The notes beneath the pieces are model-generated. The model worked only from the letters and a program-made list of their open reading frames with translations. It made no database searches and had not been told where the DNA came from. 64,000 nucleotides of DNA. Source: an uncultured Rhodobacterales bacterium. Lineage in GTDB: Bacteria; Pseudomonadota; Alphaproteobacteria; Rhodobacterales; Rhodobacteraceae. This document shows positions 9,530-17,738 of this stretch, piece by piece. How positions within the stretch are numbered: position 1 is the stretch's first letter; every line of letters begins with the position of its first letter. Location of the stretch: positions 248 to 64,247 of the forward strand of contig CAZRQN010000002.1 of assembly GCA_964602115.1 (NCBI GenBank), given 5' to 3'. Position numbers and translations under genes: made by a program.

Positions 9530-9919
9530 ATGCACTTTCGAACGGCGCTGGGGCGCGGACTGGAAACCGTACCGGACTGCAGGGCGGTCTGCTATGTCGA
9601 TCTGACCAGCGGGCTTGTCCTGGCCTCCAGCCTGCGATCCTACCTTCCGCAGGAGCAGCTCAATCTGGTTGCCACTGTCGGCGCGGACCTGATCGAGAGC
9701 GGAGCCAGATACGCAGCTGCCGGCCCCTCTGCGGCTGCGGGCGGGTGCGCGCCCTCGATCGTCACCGTGCACGGGAAGACCGATCTTTTCGTCTATGTGC
9801 GCCTGAAAGAGGAGGATGCGCATATGCTCTGTTACTGCTGTGGCCCCGATGCAGGGTCAGGTCAGGTCATGGATGCAGTGCTGAAAAATTGCGCCGAGGT
9901 ATCGGACCTGCTTGGGTGA
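9530..9919 (+). CDS. Small protein with a Roadblock/LC7 (MglB-like) sequence pattern (129 aa)
   Basis: LETVPDCRAVCYVDLTSGLVLASSL...LNLVATVGADLIESG...IVTVHGKTDLFVYVRLKEEDAHMLCYCCGPDAGSGQV fits the Roadblock alpha-beta-beta ... beta-beta-alpha pattern by eye. The CDS is likely real. The fold assignment is tentative. Confidence 0.55.
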   Translation: MHFRTALGRGLETVPDCRAVCYVDLTSGLVLASSLRSYLPQEQLNLVATVGADLIESGARYAAAGPSAAAGGCAPSIVTVHGKTDLFVYVRLKEEDAHMLCYCCGPDAGSGQVMDAVLKNCAEVSDLLG

Positions 9920-10706
9920 GCGCCCGGTACCCCAGACCCAAACGAAAAGACTGATCGTGAAACGCCTTCCAGAAGTCCTCGCAGTTCTCGAACTGGCCGC
10001 AACCGCGCGGCCGGGTTCCGACACAAAGAAGCTGCCCGCCGGCCGTGACGCGCGGCTGCGCGAGATACTGGACGCCATTGATCTGACCGTCCTGCCGAGA
10101 CGGATCGAATTCCACACCGCCGATCGCCATATCGGCTCGCTGGATGTCGAGGGCGGCAGGGTCATGGGCATCGATGGCCGAACGGTCGGTGAGGACCGGG
10201 ACGCGGCACTCGCCGCATGGGCGCAATGGTTCGGCGACGTGGTCGCTCCGCCCGAGGATCTGCAGCTGCGCCCGGTGCCCGAACCGTCGTTCAGCGGAAG
10301 GTTTGCCGCCGGTCTTTCGGCGAACGACCTGCGGAATGCTGTCGGAGATGCTGGAGGAACCGACCCGAGGGCGGCGCATTCGCCCCCCCGGGCAGGTTCC
10401 CCGCCCCTGATTGTCGCATTCCACGGCCATGCGCGCGGGGCCAGGCAGTTCAGCCTCTCGGCGCCGCCCGATGCCTTGCCGGAGGCGGCTGGGGAGGCGC
10501 CCGTCACCCCGCTCGTCGCCGAAGTGCTGCGGGTATGCCCCTCGATTTCCCAACTGGTCGGCAAGGACTTTCTCATTCACCTGACAACCGGCGGCCAGTC
10601 GGGCGCTGCAATCGCGGTTTCGGAGGACGACGGTTCATTCGGGCATCTCGATTGCGACGACCTCGCCGCCGTACTGGCCGGCTGGCGCGCAGGGGACCGG
10701 CCATGA
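9912..10706 (+). CDS. Hypothetical protein (about 250-264 aa) with no recognised family
   Basis: The ORF overlaps the previous stop (TTG at 9912; an alternative GTG lies at 9957). Its TGA overlaps the next gene's ATG as ATGA. It is on the same strand inside the GTPase cluster. Confidence 0.55.
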   Translation: MGERPVPQTQTKRLIVKRLPEVLAVLELAATARPGSDTKKLPAGRDARLREILDAIDLTVLPRRIEFHTADRHIGSLDVEGGRVMGIDGRTVGEDRDAALAAWAQWFGDVVAPPEDLQLRPVPEPSFSGRFAAGLSANDLRNAVGDAGGTDPRAAHSPPRAGSPPLIVAFHGHARGARQFSLSAPPDALPEAAGEAPVTPLVAEVLRVCPSISQLVGKDFLIHLTTGGQSGAAIAVSEDDGSFGHLDCDDLAAVLAGWRAGDRP

Positions 10707-12001
10707 ACCCGGCCCCGAAGGATCCGGAGCTGGCGCAGCTGGACCTGCTCCTCGCTGCGGTCGATCGGCTGGTGCCTGACCCCGATGCCGCTCAGGCCGA
10801 GATCGTCGCACAGGTTCACCGTTGGAAGCACCGCCTGCAAGGTCCGGTGCGCCTGGCGTTTGTTGGAGGGGCGGGGGTCGGAAAGTCCGGCCTCATCAAC
10901 CTCCTCGTCGGTGAGCCGCTCCTGCCGCCCTCCGAAACCGCCCTGCCGATGCCGGTGACGATCGTCAGCCACGGACCGCGCGACAGGCTGGTCGCGAGCT
11001 GGTGGGACCGGCCAGGCGCAGAGGTTTCCGGCCAGGATCTCGGAGCCGCCCTCGCGCTTGGACCGGACCTGCTGACGCTGGAATCCGGCTGCGAGGTGCT
11101 TGAGGATCTCACCTTTGTCGAAGCCCGCTGGCCTGCGGACCAACGCGGACAGAAGCAGTGCCTTTTCGCACTGTCACGGCTCGCGGACGTGGTGTTCTGG
11201 TGCGCCGATGGCCGCGACCCGGAAACCTGGCCCGGCCCCGCGACACTGGGGCAGTTGCCGCAGCGCTTGACCCGCAACTCGCGCCTGGTTCTCACCCACG
11301 CCGACGGGACAGCCGGGGACGCGCAGCAAATCGAGGAGCGCGCGGCGAAGTCAACGCGCTGGCGTTGTCTGCCGATCTCTGTCCCGGCGGCCATGGCCGC
11401 CTTGCAAGACCTGCCCGACGATTTCGAGACGCGTTGGGCGGGCAGCGGCGCCGAAGCTCTTGTTCAGGAGGTCGCCGAGGCGGCGATCCGCTTCCGGGCT
11501 GCCGAACGCGAGAAAGTGCGGGCCGGAATTGCCGAATCCGTCGCGCCTTGGCTGGAGGCTCTGCGTCAGGCGTTTCCGGCAACGTTCGCCGATGGGGGCG
11601 AGAGCCTGGTCCCGACAAGCGGAACGGAGCCACAGGAACACGGTGCCCCCGCCCCTGAACCCGCGCACGGACATGGGGAAGAGGTTGCGCAGGCATCGGA
11701 CAGCATCACGGAACAGCAGCCGCAGAGCGAACTCGCCGTTCGGGCGGCCGGCATCCTCTCGGAGCTGCAGGCCGGGACCCTGGCCAGCAATGCCGAGGTG
11801 ATCTCCGCCGTGCTGGAAGCGGTGGAGGCGGTACATGAATCCGCCTGCTCCGAGACGGGATCTCCGGTCGGGGATCCGCAGAAGGACTTCGACCGCGCCC
11901 GCGACCTCCTGACGCTGATGCAGTTCGAGGCCGACGACAAGGCCGCGCTGGATGCCGTCCGCATCCTGTGGCAGCTCGCGAGTCTGCCGGTTCGGCTCTG
12001 A
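10703..12001 (+). CDS. P-loop GTPase-like paralog of the short dynamin-family protein, with a degenerate G3 (432 aa)
   Basis: The ATG at 10703 overlaps the upstream stop as ATGA. G1 is VGGAGVGKSGLINLLVG and G4-like is LTHADG. The position equivalent to DTPG reads FVEARWPAD, so there is no DxxG. The tail is acidic, as in the 8007 gene. The ORF extension back to 10217 is Arg/Pro-rich and was rejected. Confidence 0.75.
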   Translation: MNPAPKDPELAQLDLLLAAVDRLVPDPDAAQAEIVAQVHRWKHRLQGPVRLAFVGGAGVGKSGLINLLVGEPLLPPSETALPMPVTIVSHGPRDRLVASWWDRPGAEVSGQDLGAALALGPDLLTLESGCEVLEDLTFVEARWPADQRGQKQCLFALSRLADVVFWCADGRDPETWPGPATLGQLPQRLTRNSRLVLTHADGTAGDAQQIEERAAKSTRWRCLPISVPAAMAALQDLPDDFETRWAGSGAEALVQEVAEAAIRFRAAEREKVRAGIAESVAPWLEALRQAFPATFADGGESLVPTSGTEPQEHGAPAPEPAHGHGEEVAQASDSITEQQPQSELAVRAAGILSELQAGTLASNAEVISAVLEAVEAVHESACSETGSPVGDPQKDFDRARDLLTLMQFEADDKAALDAVRILWQLASLPVRL

Positions 12002-12504
12002 ACTCCGGACAATTCGCGACCGCTGCGAGGACATCAGACTTCCCGTGAAACGGTTGCCGGCGGCGCGCCGCCGCATGGCGCGTGAGTCTTTTCGACAGAC
12101 CGGCGGCATCCGGCCGATGATTCATTCGCAAACCAACTGCGATTGATCACGCGAGCGAAGGAAGAGCCAGTTGGGGACTATCCCGAAGACCCCACGAAAA
12201 TGTCTTTTCGGGGACACAAGGGAGTTCGGGACAGCAGCCCCCCAGCCGGCAAAACACGGCACATTTTCGTTGTTTTTCAAATCATTAGCGACTCTTCCCA
12301 GGGGCGGTTACCCCAGTTCCATCCAGTTTTCCCCTTTGCTGCGCCAAACTTTTGCCGCCAACGAATCGGCAGATTGTCCCCGGAATTGGTTCTGGTTTGT
12401 GAACGATCAGTCGCGGTTCTTCCGGCGTGGGGAATCTGCCTCGCATCTGCGCAAGAGGCCGGCGACGTCGTTTCCCATCCAGGATCGGACGTCGGTCGTA
12501 GGGG

Positions 12505-14721
12505 ATGAAAATGGCTATGGAAGCAGTCGTGACGAAAGAAGACGAAGGTGCCGAGAGCGTCGTTGACGAACTCAAGCCCGGGACCAAGCTTCTCAATGGT
12601 CAGTACACGATCAACCAGTTTCTGAACAACGGCGGGTTCGGGATCACATATCTCGCCACCGACAGTCTCAACCGGACAGTCGTGGTCAAGGAGTGTTTCC
12701 CCAACGCCTTCTGCCGGCGTTCGAAGACGGTCGTGGCGGCGCGGTCGCGGGCGCACCAGGCAGAGCTCCGGTCGGTGGTGAAGCTCTTCGTGCAAGAGGC
12801 CCACAATCTCGCCAAGCTCGCGCATCCGCATATCGTCGCCGTGCATCAGGTCTTCGAGGACAACGGCACCGCCTATATGGCGATCGACTATGTGGACGGT
12901 CGCGATCTGCTGAACCTGATCGAGGACAAGTCCCTTCACCTGACGCCGACCGAGGTGATCGGGATCACCAGAAAGCTTCTGTCTGCGGTCGCCTTCATCC
13001 ACGACCACGACATGCTTCACCGGGACATCTCGCCCGACAACATCCTGCTGAACAAGAAGGGCGAACCGGTCCTCATCGACTTCGGCGCCGCACGCGAGCA
13101 GGCATCGCGCAAGAGCCGCGCCCTGACGGCCCTCCGGGTCGTGAAGGACGGGTATTCCCCGCAGGAATTCTACATTGCCGGCAGCGAACAGGGCCCCTGG
13201 AGCGATCTCTATGCCCTGGCCGCCTCGCTCTACCACCTGATCGTCGGCGAAGCGCCGGCCAACGGGCAGATGCGGCTCGCCGCCCTCGCGGAGAACCGCG
13301 AAGACCCCTACCAGCCGCTGGTCGGCCGTGTAGAGGGCTATCCGGAGGCATTCCTGGCGGCCATCGACAAAGCGTTGAACACGCTGCCCAAGCGCCGGCT
13401 GCAGTCGGCGGCGGAATGGCTGAGCTGCATCGACAACGCGGAAGCCGCCGTGCCTGTGCCGCCGCAGGCGGCGGGTGCGGAGCCCGAAGCCGCAGGACAG
13501 GAACAGGCGCCGCAGCCCAAACCGTCGAAGGCCGACCGGACTTTTGCGCCGATCCGCGACAGCGCCGGCCAGGAACCCGTCTCGCTCCGCAGGTCGCGGA
13601 CCCGCCTGCTGGCCGCCTGCGCCGCCGCCAGCCTCGTCGCGGCAGGTTCATGGCTTGCAACGCCTCAGAAAGGGCCGGCCCCCGCAGCCAAGCCGGTCGT
13701 CATCGCCTCCGGCGCCGCCGGTACCGTCGCAGGCACCAGCGCGAAGCCGGAGCCCAAAGCCTCGACACCCGCTGTTCCTGTGGCCAGTGCGGCCCCCGCC
13801 GGGAAAGCTCCGAGCAGCGCGCCGGAGCCTGCGGTCAAGCCTGAACCGCAGACGGCCGTGGCGACGGCCGAACCTGCGGCCAGGGCCGAAGCCGCCAACC
13901 CCAAGGTCGAGATCGCCGCCGCAGCGCCGGCCGCCGATCCTGCTGCCATTGCGCCGGCTGTCGAAACTGCGGCCGAGCCTGCAGAGGCTGCCGCCGCTGT
14001 GCTGCCGCCCCTGGCGGAGGTGGTCAAGGCCGGCGACGAGCAGACAGCCGCCGCCGCTCCGGCCGAGCCCGGACCCGAAGCTGTTCCCGCCAAGGTGACG
14101 CTGGCGGAAACCCAGGTCAATTTCGCGGCCTGGGATGTGCACATGCCCTTCGTCAGCAGCATCCGCAACGTGAACGCTGACTCGGCAGTGGTGATCGTTC
14201 TGGTGAACAGCGACGCCGATCTTGCGACTTCCGGCGACTGGATCCGGGCCGGCACCGCGATTTTTGCAGTCAACGGAAACCCGGTTCGCGCCGGTCAGAC
14301 CCTGCCGGGACTGATGCTGAACGCACTGCATGTGGACCCAGATGGCTACACGCGGGCCGGCGTGGAATACCGAAACGGCACCACGAACGAGCGCCAGCAG
14401 GGATTGCTGGCAGTCCCGGTAATCCGGCTCATCAGCCTGGCGAACGGCGTTGACCTGCAGGCGACGGTCATCGACGGCAAGTGGCAGACCGTCGTCACCA
14501 AGGTCATTGCCGAACAACCCGATGGCCTGAAAGTCGGCGACGTGCTGCACCGCGACAAGGGCAGCGATCTTGCTCTCGACGGGCCCCAGTCTCTGGAGAG
14601 CCTGATCGCCGATCTTCAGGCGCGAGATGTGCCCACCACCGAGATGGCGGTCGTTCGCGACAGTCGCCTGGTCACCGTCAAGTTCGCCCTGGCGACCATA
14701 GCTGCGGCGGCAAGCGAGTGA
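12505..14721 (+). CDS. Hanks-type Ser/Thr protein kinase with one TM segment and an extracytoplasmic C-terminal region (738 aa)
   Basis: The kinase motifs are the glycine loop NNGGFGITY, VVVKE (Lys), HRDISPDNILL and DFGAAR. The TM segment is LLAACAAASLVAAGSWLA. A Pro/Ala/Glu linker of about 170 aa follows, then about 210 aa with two PDZ-like stretches. Confidence 0.9.
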   Translation: MKMAMEAVVTKEDEGAESVVDELKPGTKLLNGQYTINQFLNNGGFGITYLATDSLNRTVVVKECFPNAFCRRSKTVVAARSRAHQAELRSVVKLFVQEAHNLAKLAHPHIVAVHQVFEDNGTAYMAIDYVDGRDLLNLIEDKSLHLTPTEVIGITRKLLSAVAFIHDHDMLHRDISPDNILLNKKGEPVLIDFGAAREQASRKSRALTALRVVKDGYSPQEFYIAGSEQGPWSDLYALAASLYHLIVGEAPANGQMRLAALAENREDPYQPLVGRVEGYPEAFLAAIDKALNTLPKRRLQSAAEWLSCIDNAEAAVPVPPQAAGAEPEAAGQEQAPQPKPSKADRTFAPIRDSAGQEPVSLRRSRTRLLAACAAASLVAAGSWLATPQKGPAPAAKPVVIASGAAGTVAGTSAKPEPKASTPAVPVASAAPAGKAPSSAPEPAVKPEPQTAVATAEPAARAEAANPKVEIAAAAPAADPAAIAPAVETAAEPAEAAAAVLPPLAEVVKAGDEQTAAAAPAEPGPEAVPAKVTLAETQVNFAAWDVHMPFVSSIRNVNADSAVVIVLVNSDADLATSGDWIRAGTAIFAVNGNPVRAGQTLPGLMLNALHVDPDGYTRAGVEYRNGTTNERQQGLLAVPVIRLISLANGVDLQATVIDGKWQTVVTKVIAEQPDGLKVGDVLHRDKGSDLALDGPQSLESLIADLQARDVPTTEMAVVRDSRLVTVKFALATIAAAASE

Positions 14722-14762
14722 ACGGCCAGGAAACGGGGGCTGACAGCCGAAAGACCACTCCG

Positions 14763-15686
14763 ATGAAACCCCGTTCGGGATTTGGAAAACGAGGATTCTG
14801 GCGGGCCAAGAGGCGCCAGCCGGAGCAGATGCAGGATCAAACCGTGATGACAATGCCAGAGAAAATCGCACCGCAGTCGCAGGATGCGGCCGATCTCATC
14901 CCCCGGGACGGACGGGTGCCCGCTGAACCCGAGAAGCGTCGCATCGCATCGCCCCTTAGCCTTCTGGCGCGGCGCCTGCGGGCCTCGGTCGAGACCACCG
15001 GTGCCGGCGCACCGCCGGCCGCTGCGGTGGTCGCGCCCGAAGTCTCCGCCGCCGCCGACCCCGCGCTTGCCGATCCGGCCCCCGCCGAAACACCGGCTGC
15101 TGCGCCGGAGGCTGTCCCCGCGTCGATGGCCGGGGAGGCAGGCCTGCCGGCACCGGAGGTCGAACCGTCGATCGAGAAGGCCGCTGAAACGGCCATGCCG
15201 GAGGCGCGCCCCCTTGAGGTTCCGCCGCGCCGCGCTGCCCGGGTGAAGACCACCTTCCTGGGCTTCGAGCATTCGGACGGCCGCATCGACGACTTCTTTG
15301 CCAAGGAGCAGAACGCGGCCGGCCCGAAACCCTCGCTCTTTCCGGTGGGCTGGCTTGTGGTGGTCGCCGGTCCGGGGCGCGGGAACTGGTTCGCGCTGGC
15401 CACCGGCGTCTCGCAGATCGGGCGCGGCGACGACCAGGCCGTCCAGCTCGATTTCGGCGACAACGCCATCTCGCGCAGCAACCACGCCGCCATCGCCTAC
15501 GATGACGAGGAGAACAAATTCTACATCGGGCACGGCGGAAAGACGAACATCGTCCGCCTGAACGGGCGCCCGGTTCTGTCAACCGAAATGCTCGCGGCCG
15601 GCGATCACATCCGCATGGGCGAAACGACCCTCAAGTTCGTCCCGCTCTGCGGCGCCGAATTCCAATGGAACGCGCCAATTGACTGA
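14763..15686 (+). CDS. FHA domain-containing protein
   Basis: The C-terminal FHA pattern is GWLVVVAGPGRGNWFALATGVSQIGRGDDQAVQLDFGDNAISRSNHAAIAYDDEENKFYIGHGG..IVRLNGRPV. The N-terminal half is a Pro/Ala/Glu-rich linker. The start is uncertain, with candidates at GTG 14718, ATG 14763 and ATG 14829. Confidence 0.85.
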   Translation: MKPRSGFGKRGFWRAKRRQPEQMQDQTVMTMPEKIAPQSQDAADLIPRDGRVPAEPEKRRIASPLSLLARRLRASVETTGAGAPPAAAVVAPEVSAAADPALADPAPAETPAAAPEAVPASMAGEAGLPAPEVEPSIEKAAETAMPEARPLEVPPRRAARVKTTFLGFEHSDGRIDDFFAKEQNAAGPKPSLFPVGWLVVVAGPGRGNWFALATGVSQIGRGDDQAVQLDFGDNAISRSNHAAIAYDDEENKFYIGHGGKTNIVRLNGRPVLSTEMLAAGDHIRMGETTLKFVPLCGAEFQWNAPID

Positions 15687-15693
15687 GGATTGC

Positions 15694-16458
15694 ATGATGA
15701 TCGATGTCGCTGGCGCCGCGTCGAAGGGGCGCAGGGAATATCAGGAGGATGCCGTCGCGATCGACTTCGTCGAGGGCGACAGCCGGGGTTTCGTGGCACT
15801 GGCGGACGGCATGGGAGGCCATGAAGCGGGCGACATCGCCAGCCGCATCGTGGTCCGCAAGATGACGGAATTCCTCCGCGAACGCCTCTATCTGAAACAC
15901 ATGCAGGAAACCGCAATTCCGGACCTGCTGAAGGAAGGTGCGAAGACGGCGAATGCGGCAATCGCCGCCTATGTGACCCGAAACCGTGAAGTCGCCGGCA
16001 TGGGTGCGACACTTGTCGTGCCGGTTCTGTCGAAAGACCGACTCTACTGGCTGTCGATCGGTGACTCCCCCCTCTACCACTTCGACGGAGAGGTGCTGCG
16101 CCAGGTCAATGAGGATCACTCTCTGGGACCGCAGATCGACCTGATGGTGAGGGCAGGCGTGCTCGACCCCGAAATGGGAAAGAACCACCCCGACCGGAAT
16201 TGCCTGACCTCGGTACTCACCGGCAGCGAAATTCCCCGGGTGGATTGCGGTCGGTCGCTGAGGGTAGAGCCCGGCCATATCGTCATCGTGTCGAGCGACG
16301 GGCTGCAGTTTCTGTCGCCGGACGAAATCGAAAGCATCGTCCGCAAACACCGGGAAAGCAACGGAAGCACGCTCGCCGGCGCCCTGATGGAGGCGATCGA
16401 CCACCTGAACGATCCCGATCAGGACAATGTCTCGCTTGCTGTGATCAAGATCACATGA
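15694..16458 (+). CDS. PP2C-family Ser/Thr phosphatase
   Basis: The motifs are REYQEDAV, LADGMGGHEAGDIAS, GATLV, IGDSPLY and VSSDGL. An ATG lies 4 nt after GAGGA. The ORF opens at TTG 15679, which overlaps the FHA stop. Confidence 0.9.
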   Translation: MMIDVAGAASKGRREYQEDAVAIDFVEGDSRGFVALADGMGGHEAGDIASRIVVRKMTEFLRERLYLKHMQETAIPDLLKEGAKTANAAIAAYVTRNREVAGMGATLVVPVLSKDRLYWLSIGDSPLYHFDGEVLRQVNEDHSLGPQIDLMVRAGVLDPEMGKNHPDRNCLTSVLTGSEIPRVDCGRSLRVEPGHIVIVSSDGLQFLSPDEIESIVRKHRESNGSTLAGALMEAIDHLNDPDQDNVSLAVIKIT

Positions 16459-16524
16459 CCCGCAATCCCCCAATTCAGAAGCAGTCCGATGCCGGGCCGC
16501 TCTTCGCAGCAACAGGAGTCAGAC

Positions 16525-17613
16525 GTGCATAGATTGGCGAATTCGGCAGCAATAGCAGCGCTTGCCGTCTGGGCGGGCGGCTCGGCATCGGCGCAGGAAG
16601 CCTGCCAGGTCTATCAGGTCCGGTCGGGCGACAACTTGCGGAACATTTCTCGCAGCGCCTATGGCGATCCCGACAAATATCGCCTCGTCTTCGAGGCCAA
16701 CCGGGATGCGATCGGGCGCAGCGCCGACCTGATCGCCGTGGGGATGACGCTGGTCCTTCCCTGCGATGACGGAACGGTGCCGCAGGAGGTGGCGGCTGTC
16801 GCGGCGCAGCCCGAGGTAGCGGCAGAAGCGCCGCCGCCGGACCAGCCGCTCCCCGAGCGGCCACGGCTCATGGCCGTGACCGGGAACGGCTTCCCGCCCT
16901 TCACCGACGAAAGGCTGCCCGGCCGCGGCATGTTCACGCAACTGGTTGAAATGGCTCTTTTCCGGGCCGATCCCGAGCGCGACTATGCCGTGAGCTTCGT
17001 CAACGACTGGCAGTCGCATCTCGACGTCCTGCTGCCGAGCGGCGCCTTCGGCCTGTCGTTTCCCTGGCTGCGCCCGGCCTGCGAGCAACCCGAGACCCTT
17101 TCCGATGTCGATCGCGGCCGTTGCGACAGCCTGGCCTTCTCGGATCCGTTCTTCGAGAGCGTGGACGGCTTCTTCGCACTGACCGAAAGCGGGCTGGCCA
17201 GCGCCACCTCCACCGAGGAATTCCGCGGGAAACGCATCTGTCGTCCGGAGGGCGCAGATACCGGCGTTCTGGACCGGTCCGGCCTGGTGGAGCCCGTGGT
17301 GGAATTGCTACGCCCGACCACGCCCCGCGAATGCTTTGAAATGCTGGTCGCCGGTTCGGTCGATCTTGTCGCGCTGGATACGGCCGTCGGCGCCGACGAG
17401 GTCCGGCGCCAGAATCTCACGGGGAAAGTGGCGGAGAACCCCCAGCTTTCGACGATCACCAGCCTGCATGTGATCGCCCTGAAATCCAACACGGCGGCGG
17501 TCGCCGACCTCGCCCTGCTCAATACCGGGCTGCGCGAGATGTACGAGTCCGGCGAGTGGCACGACATCGTTTCCGAAGCTCTGGAGCAGCATCGGAAGGT
17601 CCTTTCACAATGA
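16525..17613 (+). CDS. Secreted LysM domain fused to a type-3 solute-binding-protein-like domain (paralog 1)
   Basis: A GTG lies after AGGAG. The signal peptide ends ASA-QEAC. The Cys-bracketed LysM is CQVYQVRSGDNLRNISRSAYGD..YRLVFEANRD....LIAVGMTLVLPC. An SBP-like body follows (GNGFPPFTD...WQSHLDVLLPSGA...). Confidence 0.8.
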   Translation: MHRLANSAAIAALAVWAGGSASAQEACQVYQVRSGDNLRNISRSAYGDPDKYRLVFEANRDAIGRSADLIAVGMTLVLPCDDGTVPQEVAAVAAQPEVAAEAPPPDQPLPERPRLMAVTGNGFPPFTDERLPGRGMFTQLVEMALFRADPERDYAVSFVNDWQSHLDVLLPSGAFGLSFPWLRPACEQPETLSDVDRGRCDSLAFSDPFFESVDGFFALTESGLASATSTEEFRGKRICRPEGADTGVLDRSGLVEPVVELLRPTTPRECFEMLVAGSVDLVALDTAVGADEVRRQNLTGKVAENPQLSTITSLHVIALKSNTAAVADLALLNTGLREMYESGEWHDIVSEALEQHRKVLSQ

Positions 17614-17738
17614 GAATGCGAATGAACCCATCCCTGGCGAGCGTCTGGATCAGTGGAAGCGCGGCCCAGACAGCCGAATCCTCGCAACCTGCGCGCAGCC
17701 CGATGAAATCTCCAAACACCAGAAGGAACGGACAAGTC

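Noticed and set aside
10217-10702. The N-terminal extension of the third GTPase ORF. A similar case is 14481-14762, the extension of the FHA ORF.
   Set aside because: Both extensions overlap the preceding genes in another frame and translate to Arg/Pro-rich sequence. Internal starts with ATGA or near-adjacent coupling fit better.
12501-12516. A 16-nt string GGGGATGAAAATGGCT that is identical at the kinase start (12501) and the LVIVD gene start (46469).
   Set aside because: The flanks do not match. By my rough arithmetic, about one chance 16-mer coincidence is expected among all position pairs in 64 kb. It is probably a Shine-Dalgarno plus Met-Lys-Met-Ala coincidence.
12505-16458. Interpreting the kinase/FHA/PP2C trio as a type VI secretion (PpkA/Fha/PppA-like) regulatory module.
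   Set aside because: No T6SS structural gene (TssA-M, Hcp, VgrG) is present anywhere in the window. The trio is instead flanked by GTPase and LysM-SBP genes.
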